From Candidatus Bathyarchaeota archaeon (lineage in GTDB: Archaea > Thermoproteota > Bathyarchaeia > Bathyarchaeales > Bathycorpusculaceae), in NCBI GenBank assembly GCA_963827165.1, contig CAWGZR010000011.1, positions 1-64,000 on the forward strand: 64,000 nt of DNA, read 5' to 3'. A model generated the notes under the pieces. It was not told where the DNA came from. It did not search any database and saw only the letters and a program-made list of their open reading frames with translations. Shown here one piece after another: positions 31,397 through 40,969 of the stretch. Position numbers and translations under genes: made by a program. Within the stretch, counting starts at the first letter, position 1; each line of letters begins with the position of its first letter.

Positions 31397-32374
31397 GTGA
31401 AAGCGTTAGGCATGTTATCAGGCGGTTTAGACAGCACCTTAGCGGTAAAACTCATCCAAGAGCAGGGAATAGATGTTGAAGCCATCAACTTTGTAACACC
31501 ATTCTGCCAGTGCAGAAAAGGCGGATGCGGTGCGGCAGAAGCGGCAAAAACATTCAACATACCTCTTAAGATGGTCAACGCAGGCACAGATTACTTACGC
31601 ATAGTCAGAAACCCAAGGTTCGGCTATGGAAAAAACCTTAACCCTTGTGTGGACTGCAGAATTTTTATGTTAAGAAAGGCAAAGCACTTCGCAAATCAAA
31701 TCGGTGCAATATTCATCTTCACTGGTGAGGTGCTTGGTCAACGCCCAATGTCTCAGCACAAAGGAGCTCTTGATCTTATCGAACGAGAAGCAGGCTTGCA
31801 AGGAAAAATTGTTCGCCCATTGTCGGGGAAGCTTCTGCCGAAAACCGAAGCGGAGGCAAAAGGGTTCGTTGAAGAAAAAGCGCTCAGAAACATAAGTGGA
31901 CGTTCAAGAAAGCGGCAAATTGAAATGATCAAAGAATTTAACATTGTTAATTATCCTTGCGCGGCAGGCGGATGCCTCCTCACTGACAGACAATTTGCTA
32001 AGAGACTCAGAGACCTTTTCCAGCACAAAAAGAGAATAACCATCAAACAAGTTAATCTGCTCAAAGTGGGTCGACATTTTCGGTTTGGGAAAAACAAGAT
32101 CATTGTAGGCAGAACTGAGGCCGAAAACGGATTGTTGCTTAGAACTAAGCAAAAAACTGATTATTGCTTTGAGGTGCCCGATTGTGGAAGCCCAATTACT
32201 ATTCTGCAAGGACCGAAAACAAAAGAGTCGATAGAGAAAGCGGCAGCTTTAACGGTCTTTCACTCGGACAAAAAGAGGGGAGTAATTCAAGTAAATTTCG
32301 GAAAAGATAAGCTCAACAGGAAAATAATTATTTCAGCATCGCTTCAGACAGAAGTTGATATGCTTAGAATTTAG
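31397..32374 (+). CDS. PP-loop tRNA sulfurtransferase-like protein (ThiI-like, no THUMP domain)
   Basis: SGGLDS, NPCVDCR, TGEVLGQRPMSQ, AGGCLLT and GRHFR motifs. Confidence 0.8.
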   Translation: MKALGMLSGGLDSTLAVKLIQEQGIDVEAINFVTPFCQCRKGGCGAAEAAKTFNIPLKMVNAGTDYLRIVRNPRFGYGKNLNPCVDCRIFMLRKAKHFANQIGAIFIFTGEVLGQRPMSQHKGALDLIEREAGLQGKIVRPLSGKLLPKTEAEAKGFVEEKALRNISGRSRKRQIEMIKEFNIVNYPCAAGGCLLTDRQFAKRLRDLFQHKKRITIKQVNLLKVGRHFRFGKNKIIVGRTEAENGLLLRTKQKTDYCFEVPDCGSPITILQGPKTKESIEKAAALTVFHSDKKRGVIQVNFGKDKLNRKIIISASLQTEVDMLRI

Positions 32375-32465
32375 TTGCTGCAGCTCTTTTCTCGTATTTA
32401 GGCGAAACGGCTAATCTTTTTGTGTTCCAAAAAATGATGCTCCAAAAAGAACATTCAAAAAACGG

Positions 32466-32822
32466 TTAAATGTAGTATTCAGGTTTGGAAGATTCAGAGA
32501 TTGGTTTTTCTTTTTTACAGAAAGTGACGCAGAGAGTACAAAAACCAGGCGTAATATCCCCTGCTGTAATCTCTTTATTGATCAGTTTTCTGGCGGTTTC
32601 ATGTGCCATTGCTTGGATTCTTGGCATAAACGCCTCAACATGGTCGATACCTTTGTAGGCGCGTTTAGAGCTAAGGTATTGGCTAACTGCGGCTTGGGAG
32701 GTCCCGAGTTTTTTGGCCGCTTCAGTTTGGGAAAGATGATAATTTTGCACGAGTTCTTTGGCCAACAATGACCTGAAGATAGGCAGAACGTATTTGCCTA
32801 TTATTTCACATTGCGGATCCAT
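32466..32822 (-). CDS. XRE-type HTH regulator with conserved cysteines
   Basis: PQCE, LSQTEAAKKLGTSQAAVSQYL and CTLC motifs. Confidence 0.8.
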   Translation of the reverse strand: MDPQCEIIGKYVLPIFRSLLAKELVQNYHLSQTEAAKKLGTSQAAVSQYLSSKRAYKGIDHVEAFMPRIQAMAHETARKLINKEITAGDITPGFCTLCVTFCKKEKPISESSKPEYYI

Positions 32823-32836
32823 GAATACCGTACCAG

Positions 32837-32851
32837 TATAACACACTTATA
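32837..32851. promoter_or_regulatory. operator variant TATAAC-ACA-CTTATA
   Basis: one-mismatch copy immediately downstream of a TATA-like CTTATAAG for the HTH gene. Confidence 0.55.
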
Positions 32852-32869
32852 CTTATAAGTCATTTCAAA

Positions 32870-34039
32870 TCAACCAGCATTTTTCAGAGATTGTAATGCT
32901 TGCTCTAAATCCGCCTGCAAATCCTCGTAATCTTCGATTCCAACAGATAACCTGAGCAAATTATCGGAAACACCCAATCGTTCGCGCTCATCCTTGGCCA
33001 AGCTCGCATGCGTCATAACTGCTGGTTGATTGATTAGCGATTCGACGCCGCCCAAGCTTTCGGCAAGCGCAATTACCCCGAGCTGACTAAGGAAATCAGC
33101 CGTTTTCTGCTTGCCACCCTTCAACGCAAAAGTCACCATCCCGCCGAACCCTGACATCTGCTGCCTTGCCAAAGCATGTTGCGGGTGGGTTTGCAGCCCA
33201 GGATAGATTACTGCTTCAATGTTCGGGTTTGCACTAAGGTATTATGCGATTCTCTGAGCGTTTTGGCAGTGGCGCTCCATTCTCACGGCTAAAGTTTTTG
33301 TTCCCCGAAGAACTAAGAAACAATCAAACGGTGAAGGAACGCCTCCCAAGGCGTTTTGGTTGAATTTAAGCCTACCATATATACCGTCGTTGGAAACCAT
33401 AATTGCTCCGCCCACTACATCGCTGTGTCCTCCAATGTATTTGGTTGTGCTGTGCAAAACTATGTCGGCTCCTAAATCCAGTGGGTTCTGCAGAAAGGGG
33501 CTTGCGAAAGTGTTGTCAACAATAGTCAGGATGTCGTGTTCCCGCGCGAGTTTTGAAATCGCTTTAATATCGCATAACCTCAGCAATGGGTTGGTTGGCG
33601 TTTCAAGCCAAATCAGCCTTGTATTACGTTTAATTGCCTCTTCAACTTTTTCAACCCTTGAAGCATTCACATAACTAAAATCCAAACCAAAATTAGCCAA
33701 TGTCTTATCAAATAACCTGCGGGTTCCCCCGTAGAGGTCCTCAAACGCCACCACGTGATCACCTTCCTTAAGCAACGAAAGTGCCAGAGTGGTTTCCGCA
33801 GCTAAACCCGACGCGAAAGCCAATCCATACCTCGCATTTTCCAAAACCGCCAACCTTTTTTCTAATGCATGCCTTGTGGGATTGTCTGTTCGAGCGTATT
33901 CATACCCGCTGGTCGGTTTGTCTATTTCTTTTCTTGCGAATGTTGCCGCTAGATGAATTGGACTTACTACGTCGCCACATCCTCCTTCCTTAAGATTCGG
34001 CTCTTCCCCAGCGTGGATCGCTTTGGTTGAAAACTTCAA
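32870..34039 (-). pseudogene. cystathionine gamma-lyase/synthase with an in-frame TAA
   Basis: YEYARTDNPT, ETPTNP, HSTTKYIGGHSD and AESLGGVESL motifs; RIA*YLSANP at 33242-33244, same frame continues. Confidence 0.85.
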
Positions 34040-34045
34040 ACAATG

Positions 34046-35474
34046 TCACCTGCTGAGAAGATAGTTTATGACGTCTATTGTGGTTATTATGTCGATAATT
34101 TTATTGTCTTCCAAGACGGCTAACGCATTCTGATTCTTCAATAGGTTAAGAGGCGCAACTATTCTTTCCTCAATATTAACGGCGGGAAGTGGCGGTTCAA
34201 GAAAATCCTTTACTGTTTGTTTGCTTGATGAAGCCCTATCGGACAGCTTTTTCATAACGGTAATTTCTCTTATGCTGCCCACTTGAACGTCGTCTTTGAT
34301 TACCGGCAGTTGCGAGACGCCGTGCACTTTCATTAAATCTATTGCCTTGCTGATACCGTTTTCTGGATCAACATAGAGTAAACCCAACTTGTTTGATTTC
34401 GTCCTCAAAATATCCCTAATTGCTATTTTTTCCTCGCCGCCCGACAGGAAACCGTTCTCAATCATCCCAGTCATCGGAGTAAAACTTGTTAAGATAATTT
34501 CTTCCAGTGTCTGGTAAAATAACCACCATAGTCTTGCCTTCTCCCATCTTCTTTGCCACTTGTAACGCTGCGAACACGGCGGCACCTGCCGAGCCACCAG
34601 TAAACAACCCTTCTTTTTGAGCTAGTTCTCTTGCGGTTAGGAAAGAGTTTTTGTCGTTTACGGTTATGATTTCGTCAACTATCTTTAAGTTTAGTGTTGA
34701 CGGAAGGAAGTCTTCGCCGATGCCTTCCACTTTGTAGGAGTGTACGTCTGCCTTGTCTTTTGTTCCATAGAATTCATGGTGATATAGTGATCCTTCAGGA
34801 TCAACGCCGACAATGCGGATGTTTGGGTTTTTTTCTTTGAGGTATTTGGCGATACCGCTGATTGTTCCGCCTGTTCCCATTGTGGCAACTAAAACGTCAA
34901 TCTTGCCTTTGGTTTGTTTCCAGATTTCTGGACCCGTTGTTTTGTAGTGTGTTTCTGGGTTTGCTTTGTTGAAGTATTGGTTTGGCATGAAGGAGTTGGG
35001 TGTTTCTTTGGCTATTCTCTCAGCAACTTTGACGTAGTTTGCTGGATGGTCCGGGGCTACATTTGTCGGGGTGATGATGACTTTTGCGCCAAACGCTCGT
35101 AGAAGGTCGATTTTTTCTCTGCTCATTTTATCCGGCAAAGTGAATATCATTTTGTAGCCTTTAGCGATGGCGGCTATTGCCAATCCAAGACCTGTGTTGC
35201 CTGAGGTTGGCTCAACGATGGTGTATCCCGGTTGTATGATTCCTTGTGCTTCTGCGGCTTCAATCATGGAGATGCCTATGCGGTCTTTTATGCTGCCGCC
35301 TATGTTGAGAAACTCGAGTTTTGCAAGAACATCACATTCTACGCCTTGTGTGAGTTTGGTTAATTTTAACATTGGTGTATTACCTATTAATTGAAGGATG
35401 TTTTCTGAGATTCCGTCCCTTGTAGGGATAGATTTCTTGAGTTTTGTGGTTTGTCTGGTTTTTTCGGTTATCAA
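34046..35474 (-). CDS. cbs: cystathionine beta-synthase with C-terminal CBS domains (one +1 frameshift)
   Basis: [20 protein letters not shown] and VEGIG motifs; extra G at ~34467 splits FYSDDW/MIENGF; CBS pair follows. Confidence 0.85.
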
Positions 35475-35490
35475 TTTTGACCCTCTGTTG

Positions 35491-35532
35491 TATAACAATG
35501 TTATAAACAACCATTTCTATAACGGCGTTATA
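35491..35532. promoter_or_regulatory. tandem operators TATAAC-AAT-GTTATA (35491-35505) and TATAAC-GGC-GTTATA (35518-35532)
   Basis: two perfect copies in the cbs promoter. Confidence 0.85.
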
Positions 35533-35615
35533 TTTAAAACTGCTTCAACAGTAAAAAAACCGAAACGAAGAATGACTGTCGAATCGAAAAAATGGGTGGT
35601 TTATTCCAAAAAGAA

Positions 35616-35630
35616 TATAACATCGTTATA
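35616..35630. promoter_or_regulatory. operator TATAAC-ATC-GTTATA
   Basis: perfect copy 18 bp upstream of the HTH-CBS ATG. Confidence 0.85.
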
Positions 35631-35648
35631 ACTCAATTATTGAATAAC

Positions 35649-36203
35649 ATGGTTCCTAAATTAGACGAAATTGCCAAACGCCGCAGACAACTTGGTCTTA
35701 AACAATCAGAGCTGGCAAAGGCAGCAGGCGTAAGCCAATCACTAATTGCCAAACTGGAGGCAGGAACGATAGACTCGTCCTACACCAAAGTGAAAACAAT
35801 CTTCGATGTCCTCGAACGCTTAGAATTCAAAACCAAAGTCCAAGCAGAAAAAATCATCCAATCCGAAGTTGTCAGCATCCAAAAAAACGAACCAGTTTCT
35901 GAAGTTGTAACGATCATGAAGGAGCACGGTTACTCGCAGATACCTGTGTTTGATGGGAAACAATCTGTGGGAAGTATTTCGGAAAAGGCGATTCTTAGGC
36001 AGATTTTGGCTGGAAAAGATTTGGAGGACATATCTAAGCTGCCGACTGAGAAAATTATGGAGGAAGCTTTCCCCCAGATAAGCGAGGATGCCCCGTTGTC
36101 ATTGATTACAAGTCTCTTGCAGACCTACTCAGCGGTTTTAGTATCGAAAAAAGGCGTGGTGGTGGGCATTATTACGAAGGCGGATTTGCTGCGGATGCTT
36201 TAA
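35649..36203 (+). CDS. XRE-HTH + CBS-pair transcriptional regulator (COG3620-like)
   Basis: RRRQLGLKQSELAKAAGVSQSLIAKLEAG; CBS motifs YSQIPV and GIITKADLL. Confidence 0.9.
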   Translation: MVPKLDEIAKRRRQLGLKQSELAKAAGVSQSLIAKLEAGTIDSSYTKVKTIFDVLERLEFKTKVQAEKIIQSEVVSIQKNEPVSEVVTIMKEHGYSQIPVFDGKQSVGSISEKAILRQILAGKDLEDISKLPTEKIMEEAFPQISEDAPLSLITSLLQTYSAVLVSKKGVVVGIITKADLLRML

Positions 36204-36385
36204 GGTGGGGATTATTTTTTTAAGTATGGGGATTCTTTTAATTGGTTAGAAAAAATTGTTTTTATATGGTGGTGAGGGGTGCCGGATACTGTTAAGTTAA
36301 GTTACCCATGAATTTTTTGGTACTGAAACTAAATGTTTTATATTCTCAAAACTTAAATATCAATAACAACGTAAAACAAAGCTAA

Positions 36386-37372
36386 GTGGTAAATATGTCA
36401 AAAGCCAATTTGCTTTCTCTTGAACAAATTATCGATGTTTCTGAAGAAAATAATTCCCAGATGAAAGAAAGCTTAGAAAAAATTTCTCAAAAAGAAAAAG
36501 CAGTAGTTTTAGCATTTATTGCGCCCTATATAGGAAGACAAATTTCGCCCACAAAAGTAATTAGTGCTGAACTTGGAATTTCAGAAGAGTTTGCAATTGA
36601 AACTGCCATTGAAAAGATTAAGGAACAAACTCAATGCGAAAAACTTATTTTACTTATAAATAGTCCAGGCGGGTTTGTTAGTTCATCATACAAAGTAGCA
36701 AAAGCTTTGAGATGTAACTATAAGGAAATCAAAGTTTTTGTTCCTCACATTGCTGCTAGTGGAGGTACTTTGATTGCCTTAACTGGGAATCAAATAGTTA
36801 TGGGGATGATGAGTCAACTAAGTCCAATAGACCCTCAAGGAATGAGTTCTGGACACAGTATAGCGGCAAAAAGTGTTGTAGATGGATTTGAAACTATAAC
36901 TGAGTTTTTCAAAAATACATCTGAAGAAGATGCTCCATATACTTACAAAGTACTTGCCGAAAAATATACTGCTGAGAAAATAGATGAAGCAATTGCGTCA
37001 ATTACATTAATGCAAGATTATGCGAACGAAATCTTACTTGCAAGTGGTTATGCGCATGAAGATGCGACAGCAATAGCTGGAAGATTAACTTTAGGTTTTA
37101 GGAATCATGGCGAAGTCATTAATTATGATAAAGCTAAGTTGGCAGGTTTGAATGTGATTTCAAATAGTTGTTGCGCCGAAGATTGGAGAACTATGCGCAA
37201 ATGGTTAGGTGAGTATTTGCTTCAAAGCGCTGATAAGCACATTATTAGGTTCGTAATATCAAAGGACATTATTGACTCAAAACAGGAAACCAATGTTGAA
37301 AGCCATGAATTAGAGACAAAAGAGTTAAAGGTAGCAAATGAGGAAACAAATAAAAAACCGATAGAAAACTAA
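36386..37372 (+). CDS. ClpP-class (SDH-type) serine protease
   Basis: LLINSPGG, AASGGTLIAL, LSPIDPQ and RNHGEVI motifs. Confidence 0.85.
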   Translation: MVNMSKANLLSLEQIIDVSEENNSQMKESLEKISQKEKAVVLAFIAPYIGRQISPTKVISAELGISEEFAIETAIEKIKEQTQCEKLILLINSPGGFVSSSYKVAKALRCNYKEIKVFVPHIAASGGTLIALTGNQIVMGMMSQLSPIDPQGMSSGHSIAAKSVVDGFETITEFFKNTSEEDAPYTYKVLAEKYTAEKIDEAIASITLMQDYANEILLASGYAHEDATAIAGRLTLGFRNHGEVINYDKAKLAGLNVISNSCCAEDWRTMRKWLGEYLLQSADKHIIRFVISKDIIDSKQETNVESHELETKELKVANEETNKKPIEN

Positions 37373-37383
37373 AAAACTATAAA

Positions 37384-37584
37384 TTGAATAAAGATAACAT
37401 ATATGGTAGGGTTTTTGCTATGGAAACTGAACAAGTCAAGAAAAACACTCAACTACTGATTGACCAATTTTCTAAACAAAAGGCTGAAGACCCATTGGTA
37501 AAGTATTGGATAGAACGAAAACGAGGAATCGTAACTTCACTTACTCCCAAAAAAACAGCGAAACATACAAAAAAATCCGCGTAG
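37384..37584 (+). CDS. small hypothetical protein
   Basis: directly downstream of the protease gene; likely ATG at 37420. Confidence 0.4.
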   Translation: MNKDNIYGRVFAMETEQVKKNTQLLIDQFSKQKAEDPLVKYWIERKRGIVTSLTPKKTAKHTKKSA

Positions 37585-37585
37585 T

Positions 37586-37738
37586 TTAGCTTATCTTCAC
37601 TTTCTGTTTTAATCGTTTCTCGTATTCTTCTTCTGTTATCATGCCTTTTTCGATAAGTAAGTCAACTAGGGCTGAGTGCATACTGTCTAAGAGGTCTATT
37701 TCTTCAAGCGGATTTCTTTCAACTTTTGCTTTCTTCAT
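37586..37738 (-). CDS. 50-aa helical protein (not in the ORF track)
   Basis: MKKAKVERNPLEEIDLLDSMHSALVDLLIEKGMITEEEYEKRLKQKVKIS; overlaps the RHH gene. Confidence 0.6.
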   Translation of the reverse strand: MKKAKVERNPLEEIDLLDSMHSALVDLLIEKGMITEEEYEKRLKQKVKIS

Positions 37739-37892
37739 GTTTTCCACCTTTAGCTAAGTATCCTTGTTCGCTTAACCAATTCATAATGATTTGCCTTAGA
37801 GTATCGCTATATCCTTCGCCTAACTTACCGACTACCTCTTTGTCTAAGATTTCAACGACTCCATTGGGTAAAGATACTAAGATTTTCTTCAT
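37719..37892 (-). CDS. 57-aa CopG-like RHH protein (not in the ORF track)
   Basis: MKKILVSLPNGVVEILDKEVVGKLGEGYSDTLRQIIMNWLSEQGY; ATGA-coupled to the transposase stop. Confidence 0.7.
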   Translation of the reverse strand: MKKILVSLPNGVVEILDKEVVGKLGEGYSDTLRQIIMNWLSEQGYLAKGGKHEESKS

Positions 37893-38797
37893 TTACTTAT
37901 CACCTTTAATTCCTCTTTTTCTTCTTTTGAGTTACTGAGAGCATGAACTAAAGTTGCCGCTTCGCGTTTTGTGGCTTGGTCTATCAAGCCTTTCCAATTG
38001 TTAGGAACGTTCATCCGTGCCGCTTGAGCTGGTGTTTTGCCGCCGAGACTTTGATGGGGGCGAACACAGTTATAGTGAACTGACCATCCTTCGAGCAACA
38101 GTTTTGTTGATTCATAGCTGTGTAGTCCTCTCATGCAACGAGTTCTGTCCTTTAGGGTGCAATGGAGTCTTTCAACGATGTTGTTTGTTTCTCTTGCCTT
38201 TATGCCAACGCGCTGTACTAATTCAACTCTTGTGTCCTTTCGCATGGTATAGAAAACTTTGTTGAAAGCACTCTTATAAACGTGGCTACCGTCAACAAAA
38301 ACTGCTCGTGGTCTAACCTTGCTTTGGTCAACACCCTTTTTGAAAATACTTACAGTATCCTCAAAGGTTCTTGTATTTGAAAGGTGAGAAGCAACCATAA
38401 ACCGTGTGTCTTCATCTATCATTTCCCAGAACCAAATACTCCGACCCTCACAACTCAGCATAGTTTCGTCCTCATGCCATAAACCTGAAAGTTGTGGAAC
38501 TTCTGAAATCATATATTCCTTGACTAGTTGCGAGTATTTCTTTATCCAGTTGAGGATTGTAACCTGAGAAATCTTTTCTCCAAAAACTTGCTCCAAGTTT
38601 CTTTGAGTTTTTCTTAGAGACAGCCCGTCATAGTAGAAGTTTAGGGCTGCAACAACTATGTTTTTCTCGTTTCTCATTCTTGAGAACTTGCCGTTAGGTA
38701 CGAAAATATGACCGCAATCTTTACACTTGTAAGTTTGCTTGTTGTGGCGTATCCCTTTTTTTGTAATGTTTTCGCCGTTGCAATATTTGCAGTTCAT
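37889..38797 (-). CDS. IS6-like DDE transposase with N-terminal zinc ribbon
   Basis: CKYC..CKDC, WHEDET, VFVDG, NNIVERLH and RPHQSL motifs. Confidence 0.9.
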   Translation of the reverse strand: MNCKYCNGENITKKGIRHNKQTYKCKDCGHIFVPNGKFSRMRNEKNIVVAALNFYYDGLSLRKTQRNLEQVFGEKISQVTILNWIKKYSQLVKEYMISEVPQLSGLWHEDETMLSCEGRSIWFWEMIDEDTRFMVASHLSNTRTFEDTVSIFKKGVDQSKVRPRAVFVDGSHVYKSAFNKVFYTMRKDTRVELVQRVGIKARETNNIVERLHCTLKDRTRCMRGLHSYESTKLLLEGWSVHYNCVRPHQSLGGKTPAQAARMNVPNNWKGLIDQATKREAATLVHALSNSKEEKEELKVISK

Positions 38798-38814
38798 TTA
38801 TGTCACGCTCTTGC

Positions 38815-38834
38815 AGGTATCTTATAAGATACCT
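38815..38834. promoter_or_regulatory. perfect 20-bp palindrome AGGTATCTTATAAGATACCT
   Basis: located 17 bp upstream of the transposase start. Confidence 0.65.
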
Positions 38835-38907
38835 TACTATTTATGGCTTGTGGTATGCCTGTGGGATACCCAAGACATAAATAGCGCTTAAGTATTAAAT
38901 AGAACCC

Positions 38908-39483
38908 ATGAAGATGTTATACATGTATGTTATACATACATGTTGGGCATCTCCAAGGAGTCGCAGTATCCTGACTAAAATAAACGTACCAACAACAATA
39001 CTATCGAGTGAAGAAGTACAAGCACTCAAGCCTAACGAGCGAGAAGGCTATGTGAGAAATCTGATTAAAAGTATACTACGATTAAACGAAAACGGCATTA
39101 TGGTTTCAGAAATAGTAGAAGCAACGGCTCTTAACAGAATAACCGTAACCAAACACTTAGAGCATTTGGTGGCTATAAGAGAATCTTACAAAAAGGACAG
39201 GGGAATTGGCGCTGTTTATTATCTGAATGGCAAAATGGTTCATCCTACAGACCGCGCAAGCATAAACTTGGGAAATAAGATATATGAATTTGTTAAGCTC
39301 GAAAATCCGGACGGAGAATATATCTTCGTTCAAGAAAAAGAACAGGACAACCTAAAAGTTACCACTGTAAGAGGTGGAATTATGCTTCGTTCTTGTGATT
39401 TACCCCTATTCATAGAAGGGTTAAACAAATTCATGGTTATTGCAGAACTAAACAAAGGAGACGAAAATAGACATGAGCACTAG
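38908..39483 (+). CDS. winged-helix protein with a small C-terminal domain
   Basis: GIMVSEIVEATALNRITVTKHLEHL HTH; overlaps the next gene; start uncertain. Confidence 0.7.
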   Translation: MKMLYMYVIHTCWASPRSRSILTKINVPTTILSSEEVQALKPNEREGYVRNLIKSILRLNENGIMVSEIVEATALNRITVTKHLEHLVAIRESYKKDRGIGAVYYLNGKMVHPTDRASINLGNKIYEFVKLENPDGEYIFVQEKEQDNLKVTTVRGGIMLRSCDLPLFIEGLNKFMVIAELNKGDENRHEH

Positions 39484-40825
39484 ATTACATGTAAAACATT
39501 ATTCAAATAGACGATGTCGTTTTTCAGAATCAGTTGATTTCCAAGTAAATGGTAAATCCATTCCAACACCAACATTTGCGCCGAGACTGAAAAATGATAA
39601 TGAACTAAATGTTTACCTAGACATGAAATCTAACAATGACACTAAACAGCTTTCCGCATTCATCATAAGATTAATTGATGTAAAAAGGACAATACAGTAC
39701 CGATTGAAAAAAACAGAACAAACAAATCTCTTTGGTCAACCACTGGATGTCCCTTTTGCAGATAGCCTAAAACGAGATATTATTCTAATCGACCCCGCAT
39801 TAGAATATCTTTATTATCACACAATGCTTGACCGATTAAAAACATCTCCCAACATGCCAAGTCTCGTTTGTAAACACGCAGCAAAAATTGCTGAAGGCAT
39901 TGACGAGATTCGAAAGGAGAGAGAAAGGCTAAAGGGTACTTCCGAAAAGCCAGCGCAAACTATAGAAGAATACAGAGATAGTCAACATACTAACTTCTGG
40001 ACTTGCATTTACAAGGATGCAAACAAACGCATCAAATTGATTAGGGATACATATACGGCAGAAATGATGTGTAGAGCAGACATCCTTATTCCGCCAGTTC
40101 CCCTTATTACTTGCCCAAATTTGTTGACCGTTGCAATTGATATGAACGAAAAGTTTAGAGCACTTGTTGGTGATAAAGGAGAATGCGCTGATTACTTTGT
40201 TCTAAAGCGACAGATGTTAAAGAACGAAAGTGTTATGGATAAAATTAAAAACTATGTTTCAAATAGCGAGAGTCACCTCACCATCTTTAAGATAAAGGAT
40301 TCTGATTTAACGAACGCTGATTATGCCTTAGAGCGGAGTTCTTTTGGAAAACTACTAGAGGAACTATTCCTTGTCTCCCAACACATCGAAAACAAATCTT
40401 TTGCATTGTTTGAAGCGGGGTATCAAGCATTTCCAGCAGCTCTATGTTCGTTTGCAATAGTATCGACCGCATTTAACTTAGACAGGGATGACTGGCGTGC
40501 AGTTAAAGGGCAAACAATTAGCGAATATGCTAATTGGTATGACCCAAGCTCGATGACTATGCGCAATAGAGATGTACTAATTACTGAGACAGAAAATAAT
40601 AGCGGTATAGTACCTTGTTATTGTCCTGAGTGCACCTCTGGAAAATCACTAGTAAAAGAGAACCCGATAGAATACAATAGACGAGTAAAGAAACACTTCT
40701 TGTTTACAAGGGAAAATGAGATGCATGAAATAGTCGATGCAATCAGTAGACAAAACGTTTCGATGGCTTTTGAAAAACTTGAAAGGTCAGACCTGCGAAT
40801 ACTTTCTAAATTAGTGCCGAGATAG
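39473..40825 (+). CDS. putative TGT-like TIM-barrel protein with a CxCxxC..H zinc site
   Basis: N-terminal IPTPTFAP (cf. TGT TPxFMP); C-terminal PCYCPEC...KKHF; no DSGG motif. Confidence 0.55.
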   Translation: MSTRLHVKHYSNRRCRFSESVDFQVNGKSIPTPTFAPRLKNDNELNVYLDMKSNNDTKQLSAFIIRLIDVKRTIQYRLKKTEQTNLFGQPLDVPFADSLKRDIILIDPALEYLYYHTMLDRLKTSPNMPSLVCKHAAKIAEGIDEIRKERERLKGTSEKPAQTIEEYRDSQHTNFWTCIYKDANKRIKLIRDTYTAEMMCRADILIPPVPLITCPNLLTVAIDMNEKFRALVGDKGECADYFVLKRQMLKNESVMDKIKNYVSNSESHLTIFKIKDSDLTNADYALERSSFGKLLEELFLVSQHIENKSFALFEAGYQAFPAALCSFAIVSTAFNLDRDDWRAVKGQTISEYANWYDPSSMTMRNRDVLITETENNSGIVPCYCPECTSGKSLVKENPIEYNRRVKKHFLFTRENEMHEIVDAISRQNVSMAFEKLERSDLRILSKLVPR

Positions 40826-40843
40826 TCAGACATCAAAAGATGT

Positions 40844-40922
40844 GCATGGATAGCTTAGTTCGGACAGTAGCACCCGCCCACTAAGCGGACAGTCGTGGGT
40901 TCAAATCCCACCCCATGCACCA
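40844..40922 (+). ncRNA. tRNA-like RNA (Arg-type body, loop CC-ACT-AA)
   Basis: acceptor GCATGGA/CCCATGC, A73 and CCA, D loop GGA, T arm GTGGG-TTCAAAT-CCCAC, short variable loop. Confidence 0.75.
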
Positions 40923-40969
40923 CCCTATCTCTAATAGGGTCATTTCTCTTAAAAGGTTTGTGAAGCAAC

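Noticed and set aside
33242-33244. Recoding of the in-frame stop in CGL
   Set aside because: The codon is TAA, not TGA or TAG, and no Sec/Pyl machinery is in view.
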